DNA of 64,000 nt from positions 34,100,001 through 34,164,000 of the forward strand of contig NW_025964383.1 of assembly GCF_023055435.1 (NCBI RefSeq), given 5' to 3'. A model generated the notes under the pieces. That model ran no database searches. It was not told the DNA's origin and saw only the letters and a program-made list of their open reading frames with translations. This DNA comes from Haliotis rufescens. Taxonomy: Eukaryota. Positions 12,731 through 24,866 of this stretch are shown here, piece after piece (within the stretch, counting starts at the first letter, position 1; each line of letters starts with the position of its first letter). The translations under genes were made by a program, and so were the position numbers.

Positions 12731-13148
12731 TATATATATGTACCTTTCAGTGCTAATTACCACCGGTCTCCCGTTTACTAATTGTCGATTGCCTATTATC
12801 AGTGATAATTATCAGTGATAAGTCCTGGCTTCCAGTTGTCCATTGCTAATTACCAATCAGCGCCAATTAATTGTTTGTTTAAATGTAAGTTTCCACCTTT
12901 GTTATCTTATTACTTTTGTTGTTCGTACAGGTGCATATATATGTTCTCTGTTTCAGAGTATTTATTCACCTGATGAAGGAATAAGAATATACTCAGCAGT
13001 GTTGTCTTCGTCATGATATAAAAGTTGATGTCAATAAATTCTCCCTCCAATGTGTATCACTTCTAAACACCAATCAAAGACGTATATATAAAATATTTAA
13101 TAACACGTTCATCTTTTAACCATAACCACTTGTTTCTCCACTTCAAGA

Positions 13149-13420
13149 GCGGATGGCCCAGTCGTCTAAGGCGCCACGTTCCGCTGTGCAGTGTTGCGTC
13201 CATTGGGCACGCCAGAAACCTATGATTGTGGGTTCGAATCCAGGTTCGCCCCGATTATGTTTCCAGATTTGTCGGCACCATACCCGATCTCGTGGGTTTC
13301 ACCGAAGTGGTAAACGTCTGAGACCTGCATCACTTCGGGCTTTCCTCCTACACTAAGCTGACACGCCGTGATGTAACTGTAACACTGTTAAAAGCGGCGT
13401 TAAACCCAACTCACTCACTC
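13149..13420 (+). mobile_element. tRNA(Leu-like)-derived SINE family B
   Basis: TGGCCCAGTCGTCTAAGGCG A box, GGTTCGAATCC B box, tail GCGGCGTTAAACCCA(ACTC)n. Confidence 0.85.
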
Positions 13421-15183
13421 AAGAATGATGAGATTTGTAAATGGTTCCGAGAAGTCATGATTAAAGGATCTGGTCGACCTTCCTCTGCGAGTCGTGTAGT
13501 CTAAAGTTCTTATGGACCTGGAATTTAAACCAGAAACAACTGTGTACTCGGTAATCGTTAAAACAGACTGAATATTTTGTACCGACAATAGCCGTATAAC
13601 TGACGTGAAAGTAATTATGCAATATCTACTTTAAAGTAATAACGTCGGCTGCCCATTATGTTATCAATACGATAATTTATTATGACAAACGAGATATGTT
13701 CTTATGTACGTTTAATTACTTTGATGAATGATTAACAATAAAAACAAACATTGCCATGTAGGATAATGCTGATCTTGAATTATAATTGTTAACCAATGTT
13801 GTGTCTTAATTCCAATGAACAGACTACACACTATTGTATATTTCACAGGTCTGTATGTCAAATGGAATTACTAATTCTGCATCTGGCAATCGTTCTGAAG
13901 CATACATAATCTTGTTCTTATTCAATGCATCAACATAATTTATTTTGGTAATTACGTCAATGAAGTGCATTCGCAAGAGGATGCTTGAAAGTGTTTAATA
14001 ACTACTGTACCTACATATGTTTTGATAATTGGTTGACAAACAATCTGGTCAAGTGGGATGGTGCGTCCATCGCAGCTGACATATCGTGAACATGGTATCA
14101 AAGTAATGGTGGCACCATACATCCACACATGAAAGCGGCAACCATATTGAAAATGTCACGACTTTATCGGCAAGGCATTCCTTATCGGAAGAGCTGTCCA
14201 TGCTAACCCTTTTCGCGAGCATCTGATGTCATCATTAAGGTCAGTGACCCATTCATTCATATTATTGTCACTGCCATTTTGCCTTTCACGCCCAACGGAA
14301 TATGTTCCGTCGGATAATCGAGACTGGTTGTTCTCTGACGTTGACGTTTTATATTTCATATTATACAAAATTGTAGTATACATGTGTTAATGTGTAATTT
14401 CCAATCTCGATGAATATGGGTGTGAAGCTGAATTGTGTTATCCCCTGCTGGGATATCAATGCAATGTTGCTAGAAGTGGCGTAGAACCATCCTCGATCAC
14501 TTATGGTCCTAATTTCTATAAACTTCAATTTAGGCAAAATACAAATTGGAAACACAAATAAATGCCTTATATTTCTTTGTTTTAAAAACATGTTCTCACA
14601 AATCCTTGAAAACGTTTTGATTATGCAAGGTTTCCGCGAAAAGGGCCCCTAGCAGGTGAACCCGTCGTTAGCGTTGTAGATAGGCTTTAGCTTGTACAAC
14701 ATCTTTTTCTCAGTGTGGAAAGCGCCGATGTTAAGCTTACTCTTTGGCTTTTATTTACTACTATGCCCTTGGACCGTTAGGGCTTTAATAAGAATTAAAG
14801 CACAAATCTCCTGAACAATATTATCCTGTTTGTGACAAAAAAAGGACGTCACCTCTTATTCGCCAAAAGTAGGTCATTTCCGGTTAATGCAAAGGCTGAA
14901 ATATCTCTCCAATGAAATCGTTTTATCGACTTTAAGCCACTTGTCGCATTCCTACGGAGACGTCCGACTGTCAGCTCCCGCTTATCTTCCATGTCGGTGT
15001 ACAAGAAGCTTGTTCCTGAAAACAAGCATAAGTCTTTTCGTCACATAACTCGTCGAAATAAACACAAACTCAAAATGCAAAAAAATAAAAATAATAACAG
15101 TTCGAATAAGCAATACTGATTATCCTTCTGTTATTTTCAGACGTTGGGCTATAATCGCCGTCGTCTCTACTCGCATATGCACA

Positions 15184-15522
15184 GACCGCCTCCGTGGTCT
15201 AGTGGTAGAGTGTCCGCCCGGAGAGCGGAAAGTCCGGGATTCGATATCCGGCCGCGTCATACCCAAAGACGTTAAAATATGGTACTTGTTGTTACCCTGT
15301 CTGGCGCTTGGCATTAAGGGGCTAAAACAAGTACTGGTCGGCTCAGATTCAGTAAACTGTGTTGAGTGGGGTATTTTTGTTAAACTGCGGCATGGTATAT
15401 CAGTGAGCTAGCACTATAAGTTGGCATCAGTCCGGACTAGTACAAGCATCCACACACACAAATACATGCACGTCGCCATATAAGTGCAATAATCTTGGAC
15501 GCGACGTTAAACCCCATTCCAC
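15184..15522 (+). mobile_element. SINE family D copy
   Basis: Colinear with 11516-11870. Confidence 0.85.
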
Positions 15523-15880
15523 CACTGTTTCCTCTTGATAGAATTATATTCTGTGTATGTCCTCTGTACTCAAAACAGTAAAATATATACTTTACGTGTG
15601 TCAGAAAACAATGTTATGGGTATTTCACCGTAAATAATAATGCCCTATTCTCTACCACTTGTGTTTTTTTATTAACCCCGTTATAACGTATAAATGATGA
15701 TGAGGTGCGATACGTTTTCTTAATCACATTCCACAGTCCTCTACACTGGAAATAGAATCACGAAACCCCGCGATGGTTATTTAATGAAGACAGCTGATGT
15801 GTGCTAATACTTATAAAGAGAATGTAAGCCATTCTGGCGACACGGAATAGTACTTACAGTAATGACTATCATTGCAAAGT

Positions 15881-16156
15881 GGGGGGCACGGGTGGCCCAG
15901 TCGTCTAAGGCGCCGCGATTCGCTGTGCAGAGTTGCGTCCCTTGGGCACGCCAGAAACCTATGATCGTGGGTTCGAATCCAGGTTCGCCCGGATTATGTT
16001 TCTAGGTTTGTCAGCACCATACCCGTGCTCGTGGGTTCCACTGAAGTGGTAAACGTCAGAGACCTGCATCACTTCGGCCTACCACATTAAGATGACACGC
16101 CGTGATATAACTGGAATACTGTTAAAAGCGGCGTTAATCCCAACTCGCCCGCTCGC
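15881..16156 (+). mobile_element. SINE family B, full-length copy
   Basis: Colinear with 13149-13420; 12-bp TSD TCATTGCAAAGT. Confidence 0.9.
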
Positions 16157-16654
16157 TCATTGCAAAGTAGGCTTTTCAAGCGATTTGATTTTTTGCTCAT
16201 CCTCCTTGAATTTGATTACGTGCTTACAATTCGGGAAAGAATCGACACTCAGCAGTGAACGTGGTCATTAGCACTTAAATACTGCATTTGCATGTTTGTT
16301 TCTTTCAGTTTGTGCTAGTTATGTACGTACGCTTAACAACGTTGCTACATAAAGACTGTTTTCAGGCCCTCTACTTCAACCTTGTTTTTCATCAATGGCC
16401 CTATTCCCCATTTTGACTAGTACCATATATGTTCCTGTGATTCTTTCGCCTGACTGTTTTCCGTCAACTGATATAAACTGATGATATTGCATTGCGGTGC
16501 CCGAAAACTGTAAACTTAAAAGAAAAGGGACGATTACTGTGACATAATCTTTAGTTATTTTTCAAAGCATGTACAGGTGGACTAAAGCTAAATCAACGTC
16601 GGAGGTAAACAACATTCAGTCCCACTGCACTGTATTGCACTGCATGGCATGTAC

Positions 16655-16852
16655 AAGGCGACTATGCTTGTCGTAAGAGCCGACTAACGGGATCGGGTGG
16701 TCAGGCTCGCTGACTTGGTTGAAGCATGTCATCGATCCTAATTGCGATCGATCAATCACTGGATTGTCTGGTCCATACTCGATTATTTACAGACCGCCGT
16801 CATATGGCTGGAATATTGCTGAGTGCGGCGTAAAACAACAAAACAACAAAAC
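16655..16852 (+). mobile_element. SINE family A, 5'-truncated and internally deleted copy
   Basis: GGCGACTATGCTTGTCGTAAGAGCCGACTAACGGGATCGGGTGG through to the shared tail. Confidence 0.8.
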
Positions 16853-18567
16853 CAAGCATTTATATGTCCTATACAAAGCCCTACAAATAACGTACCTGCT
16901 GGACTATGAAGTATGACCAGATCTCTGATCTTATCACTAATCGTGAAGAGGAGCAGCTGAGTTCCAAGCATGTTGATCTTCCGGATGATGCTCTTAACCC
17001 GAGAATACAAGTAAAACACTCTGGAAGAGACGTCAGAGTGATGAGTAACTTGTTCTTCTTGAACGCTCGACCAATATGTCACACATTCCATGATCACAGT
17101 AAATTTTAAAACCAACGTCGTATCTTGTTGACATTCGTTAACTGAACCTAAGCAATTCACGATAGAAATGCCCGTGAACACATCAGCATTAATAACGTTA
17201 CTTATAATTCGTTTGGAAATAATGGATGCCTTTTATGAACATATTTGAACATGCAAATATTATAATTTAATAGTTTTGGGCAGGGGCGGTGTTTAGTTGA
17301 GTCAAATAGGCGTAGGATTCAATCGTTGACCACTTTGGTGACAAACCAAGGATCATGCACAGGGCATATTGGATTTAAACCCACGAATAGCGGATCCTGG
17401 AATACCCGAGGGAGACAACCATGTCTTAGATCACTGAACCATCTATGCCTTCATGCACGATTTATGTAAAACGTTGTAAATGTTACAAACAATTCTCTCC
17501 TGTCAGCTGCGATCCTGTCTCCAGACTGTCCATTAGTAATACGCAGAACAAACTTGAGCTTTCCCACCGCATTAAAACCCCACAGGGCAATTTTCCTGAT
17601 GAACATCATCTGCCGGGGGATTACTGCCACGTCGTAACATGGCCCTTGTAAGGGAAATAATAGAATTGATGTGACACACACATAAAAACACACAAAAACA
17701 CGGTGAGGCCATGCAGACACCTGCCTTCTTATTTAGCATGGTTTTTTTTATACTACTTAATCGATGGCAGAGACGAATCAAGGTCATGTATATATGCCAA
17801 ATGTATATCGAGGAAAAGTAGTTTCATAGCATACGACACAACATAAGAAATTAATACTTTTTTTCATCATAAGGAATCGATACTGAGAGAAGTACTACAG
17901 GCATAAACCATGCTCAGAAGTCTCTTACAACGAGATTTGCGTGCCTCAGATGCAATGTCGAACTTCCCAGCTTTCATCTGGGTCTTGTACAGCCCGGGGG
18001 GATCACTCTGGCAGCGGTAGAGGACGTAACCACAAAAGTCCAAGCTGACCACCTTTCCTTTAAACTGACCAATAATCTCCCATTTGTAAGAACTAAGGTC
18101 CAGGACGTACATAGCGCTGGCTGGTCGGTTTTCCGTCGAGGCTTTGGTGAGGCCAACAGTGAGAACCCTCCGTGAGAACTGTTTACCCTTTTTTCCAGAC
18201 GAACCTGAATATGTTTCGACTACGATGTTAAATTCAAAAGGATTACGAGATGATACATATATGGCATTATTCATAATAATCCCCAAGGTTTTTCACAACT
18301 TCTTGTGAATCGAGTGGCCTGGAAGACTGACTGTGTTGATCAACTGAAATTCATACTACGGGTGTTGTTGCTGAAATGAGTTTACGTTCATTGAATAGTA
18401 TTCACGGCGTATCAGCTAAATCGGAAAGGAAAGCCTTCACGGACGTAGGTCCTCGACGTTAACCCCTTTAATGAAACCCACAAGCTAAGTATTTAAGGCA
18501 AATATGTCATGCGAACCCACGATCGGCTATACTTCACTACCGAAACTAGAAAGTATTATCTCATACG

Positions 18568-18846
18568 GTGAGTGAGTGAGTGAGTTGGGTTAAACGCGGT
18601 TTAACAGTATTACAGTTATATCGCGGGGTGTCAGCCTAATGTGGGACGAAAGCCTGACGTTATGCAGGTCTTAGACGTTTACAACTTCGGTGAAACCCAC
18701 GAGCACGGGTATGGTGCTGACAGACCTAGAAACATAATCCGGGCGAACCGGGATTCGAACCCACAATCCTAGGTTTCTGGCGTGCCCAATGGATGCAACT
18801 CTGCAAAGCGAACCGCAACGCCTTAGACGACTGGGCCATCCGTGCG
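18568..18846 (-). mobile_element. SINE family B copy
   Basis: Reverse complement of family B, with (GAGT)n at the left end. Confidence 0.85.
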
Positions 18847-19230
18847 CTTAAAATCTCTTACAATTTTGGAAGTTTTAATATTTTCCCGAGTATACTCTAC
18901 ACTTTGTTACCACTAGTGTGTCTATTGGGCCACATGGCATCTGTTTCGGCGGAAAGTCGAGACTGATTATTCGCTGGCGTTGACGTTTTACATTTATCTC
19001 ATATAAGCGTATCATTACGTCACATGACCTTGACAGGATCCGCTCGTCGTCAATTACCGATTCTGAATTGGAGTTTCTCTGCGATACATCGATTGTCAAT
19101 GGCTTCACCCACGTTCTAAATGTCCATTATCTATGTTATGTTTGGCATCACTCCTATTTTATACTGATATGCCTGATTATAACTGAACTATTGTTTAAAT
19201 TAATGTTCATCTGCACATTGAAGAATCAGG

Positions 19231-22200
19231 TACAATACGCAACCGCTACAGTACTCACCAACTTCAATACGCACCCGCTACAATACTCACCAATTACAAT
19301 ACGCACCCGCTACAATACACACCAGGTACAATACGCACCCGCTACAATAATCACCAACTACAATACGCATCTGCTACAATACATACAAGGTACACTACTC
19401 ACCCGCTACAATACTCGCCAACTACAATACGCACCCCCTACAATACGCACCAAATACAATACGCACCCTCTACAATACACACCAGGTACAATACGCTCCC
19501 GCTACAATACTCGCCAACTTCAATACGCACCCGCTCGAATACTCACCAAATACAATACGCACCCGCTACAATACACACCAGGTATAATACGCACCCGCTA
19601 CAATACACACCAAGTACAACACGCACCCGCTACAATAATCACCAACTACAATACGCACCCGCTACAATACTCACCAACTACAATAGGCACCCGCTACAAT
19701 ACACACCAGGTACAATACGCACCCGCTACAATAATCACCAACTACAATACGCACCCGCTACAATAATCACCAACTATAATACGCACCCGCTACAATACAC
19801 ACCAGGTACAATACGCACCCGCTACAATAATCACCAACTACAATACACACTCGCTACAATACACACCAGGTACAATACGCACCTGCTACAATAATCACCA
19901 ACTACAATACGCATCTGCTACAATACATACAAGGTACACTACTCACCCGCTACAATACTCGCCAACTACAATACGCACCCCCTACAATACGCACCAAATA
20001 CAATACGCACCCGCTACAATACACACCAGGTACAATACGCACCCGCTACAATACTCGCCAACTTCAATACGCACCCGCTCCAATACTCACCAACTACAAT
20101 ACGCACCCGCTACAATACACACCAGGTATAATACGCACCCGCTACAATACTCACCAACTACAATACGCACCCGCTACAAGACACACCAACTACAATACGC
20201 ACCCGCTACAATACACACCAGGTACAATACGCACCCGCTACAATAATCAACAACTACAATACGCACCCGCTACAATAATCACCAACTATAATACGCACCC
20301 GCTACAATACACACCAGGTTCACTACTCACCCGCTACAATACACACCAGATTCACTACTCACCAGCTACAATACCCACCAGATTCACTACTCACCAGCTA
20401 CAATACCCACCAGGTACACTACTCACCCGCTACAATACACACCAGGTACACTACGCACCCGCTACAATACACACCAGGTTCACTACTCACCCGCTACAAT
20501 ACACAGCAGGTTCACTACTCACCCGCTACAATACACACCAGGTACACTACGCACCCGCTACAATACACACCAGGTACACTACGCACCCGCTACAATACAC
20601 ACCAGGTTCACTACTCACCCGCTACAATACACACCGGTTCACTACTCACCCGCTACAATACACACCAGGTACACTACGCACCCGCTACAATACACACCAG
20701 GTACAATACACACCAGTTGCACTACTCACCCGCTACAATACATACCAGGTTCACTACTCAACCGCTACAATACATACCAGGTTCATTACTCACCCGCTAC
20801 AATACACACCAGGTACAATACACACCAGGTACACTACTCACCCGCTACAATACACACCAGATTCACTACTCACCCGCTACAATACATACCAGGTTCACTA
20901 CTCACCCGCTACAATACACAGCAGCTACAGTACACACCAGGTACACTACATACCCGCTACAATACACACTAGGTTCACTACTCACCCGCTACAATACACA
21001 CCAGGTACACTACTCACCGCTACAATACACACCAGGTACACTACTCACCCGCTACAATACACACCAGGTTCACTACACACCAGGGAACGCTACTCACCCG
21101 CTACACTACTCACCCGCTACAATACACACCAGGTTCACTACTCACCCACTACAATACACACCAGGTACACTACTCACCCGCAACACTACTCACCCACTAC
21201 AATACACACCAGGTACACTACTCACCCGCTACAATACACACCAGGTACACTACTCACCCGCTACAATACACACCAGGTTCACTACTCACCCGCTACAATA
21301 CACACCAGGTTCACTACTCACCAGGTACACTACCCACCCGCTACAATACACACCAGGTTCACTACTCACCCGCTACAATACACACCAGGTTCACTACTCA
21401 TCCGCTACAATACACACCAGATTAAACACACACCAGGTACACTACTAAACCGCTACACTACTCACCCACTACAATACACACCAGGTACACTACTCACCCG
21501 CAACACTACTCACCCACTACAATACACACCAGGTACACTACTCACCCGCTACAATACATACCATGTTCACTACTCACCCGCTCCAATACACACCAGGTAC
21601 AATACACACCAGGTACACTACTCACCCGCTACAATACACACCAGATTCACTACTCACCCGCTACAATACACACCAGGTTCACTACACACCAGGAACACTA
21701 CTCATCCGCTACAATACACACCATGTTCACTACCCACCCGCTACAGTACACACCAGGTACATTATTTACCCGCTACAATACACACCAGGTACACTACTCA
21801 CCCACTACAATACACACCAGGTGAACTCCTCACCCGCTACAGTAGACACCAGGTACAATACACAGCAGGTACGCTACTCACCCGCTACAATAATCACCAA
21901 CTGTAATACGCACCCGCTACAATACACACCAGGTACACTACTCACCCGCTACAATACATACCAGGTTCACTACTCACCCGCTCCAATGCACACCAGGTAC
22001 AATACACACCAGGTACACTACTCACCCGCTACAATACACACCAGATTCACTACTCACCCGCTACAATACACACCAGGTTCACTACACACCAGGTACACTA
22101 CTCACCCGCTACAATACACACCAGGTAAACTCCTCACCCGCTACAGTAGACACAAGGTACAATACACACCAGGTACGCTACTCACCCGCTACAATAATCA

Positions 22201-24866
22201 CCAACTCTAATACGCACCCGCTGCAATACACACCAGGTACACTACTCACCCGCTACAATAATCACCAACTACAATACACACCAGCTACAATACACACCAG
22301 GTACACTACTCACCCGCTACAATACATACCAGGTTCACTACTCACCCGCTACAATACACACCAGGTTCACTACTCACCCGCTACAATACACACCAGGCAA
22401 CTACTCACCCGCTACAATACACAACAGGTACAATACACACCAGGTACAATACACACCAGGTACACCACTCAACCGCTACAATACACACCAGGTACACTAC
22501 TCAACCGCTACAATACACACCAAGTACATTATTTACCCGCCACAATACACACCAGGTAAATTACTCACCCGCTACAATACACACCAGGTTCACTACGCAC
22601 CCGCTACAATACACACCAGGTACACTACTCACCCGCTACAATACACACCAGGTACAATACACACCAGTTACACTACTCACCCGCTACAATACATACCAGG
22701 TTCACTACTCACCCGCTACAATACACACCAGGTTCACTACTCACCCGCTACAATACACACCAGGCAACTACTCACCCGCTACAATACACAACAGGTACAA
22801 TACACACCAGGTACAATACACACCAGGTACACTACTCAACCGCTACAATACACACCAGGTACACTACTCAACCGCTACAATACACACCAGGTACATTATT
22901 TACCCGCCACAATACACACCAGGTAAATTACTCACCCGCTACAATACACACCAGGTTCACTACGCACCCGCTACAATACACACCAGGTACACTACTCACC
23001 CGCTACAATACACACCAGGTACAATACACACCAGTTACACTACTCACCCGCTACAATACATACCAGGTTCACTACTCAACCGCTACAATACATACCAGGT
23101 TCACTACTCACCCGCTACAATACACACCAGGTACAATACACACCAGGTACACTACTCACCCGCTACAATACAAACCAGATTCACTACTCACCCGCTACAA
23201 TACATACCAGGTTCACTACTCACCCGCTACAATACACAGCAGGTACAGTACACACCAGGTACACTACATACCCGCTACAATACACACTAGGTTCACTACT
23301 CACACGCTACAATACACACCAGGTACACTACTGACCGCTACAATACACACCAGGTACACTACTCACCCGCTACAATACACACCAGGTTCACTACTCACCC
23401 GCTACAATACACACCAGGTTCACTACACACCAGGGAACGCTACTCACCTGCTACAATACACACCAGGTACACTACTCACCCGCTACAATACACACCAGGT
23501 TCACTACACACCAGGGAATGCAACTCACCCGCTACAATACACACCAGGTTCACTACTCACCCGCTACAATACACACCAGGTACACTACTCACCCGCTACA
23601 ATACACACCAGGTTCACTACACACCAGGTACACTATTCACCCGCTACACTACACACCAGGTACACTACTCACCCGCTACAATACACACCAGGTTCACTAC
23701 ACACCAGGTTCACTACTCACCCACTACAATACACACGAGGTACACTACTCACCCGCAACACTACTCACCCGCTACAATACACACCAGGCACACTACTCAC
23801 CCGCTACAATACACACCAGGTACACTACTCACCCGCTACAATACACACCAGGTACACTACTCACCCGCAACACTACTCACCCACTACAATACACACCAGG
23901 TACACTACTCACCCGCTACAATACACACCAGGTACAATACACACCAGGTACAATATACACCAGGTTCACTACTCACCAGGTACACTACCCACCCGCTAAA
24001 ATACACACCAGGTACAATACACACCAGGTACAATACATACCAGGTACAATACACACCAGGTTCACTACTCACCAGGTACACTACCCACCCGCTACAATAC
24101 ACACCAGGTTCACTACTCACCCGCTACAATACACACCAGGTTCACTACTCACCCGCTACAATACACAGCAGGTTGACCACTCACCCGCTACAATACACAC
24201 CAGGTTCACTACTCACCCGCTACAATACACACCAGGTTCACTACTCACCCGCTACAATACACACCAGGTTTACTACTCACCCGCTACAATACACACCAGG
24301 TTCACTACTCACCCGCTACAATACACACCAGGTTAACTACACACCAGGTACACTACTAAACCGCTACACTACTCACCCACTACAATACACACCAGGTACA
24401 CTACTCACCCGCAACACTACTCACCCACTACAATACACACCAGGTACACTACTCACCCGCTACAATACATTCCAGGTTCACTACTCACCCGCTCCAATAC
24501 ACACCAGGTACAATACACACCAGGTACACTACTCACCCGCTACAATACACACCAGATTCACTACTCACCCGCTACAATACACACCAGGTTCACTACACAC
24601 CAGGTACACTACTCATCCGCTACAATACACACCATGTTCACTACTCACCCGCTACAGTACACACCAGGTTCACTACTCACCAGGTACACTACTCACCCGC
24701 TACACTACTCACCCACTACAATACACACCAGGTACACCACTCACCCGCTACACTACTCACCAGCTACAGTACACACCAGGTACAATACACACCAGGTACA
24801 CTACTCACCAGCTACAGTACACACCAGGTACAATACACACCAGGTACACTACTCACCCGCTACAGT
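19231..24866. repeat. 16-bp-unit tandem array (about 5.6 kb, about 350 units)
   Basis: Units TACAATACACACCAGG, TACACTACTCACCCGC, TACAATACGCACCCGC, TACAATAATCACCAAC; strong A/C strand bias. Confidence 0.95.

Noticed and set aside
14207-14645. Inverted pair CCCTTTTCGCG / CGCGAAAAGGG as transposon TIRs
   Set aside because: Only 11 bp, with no matching TSD and no coding remnant.
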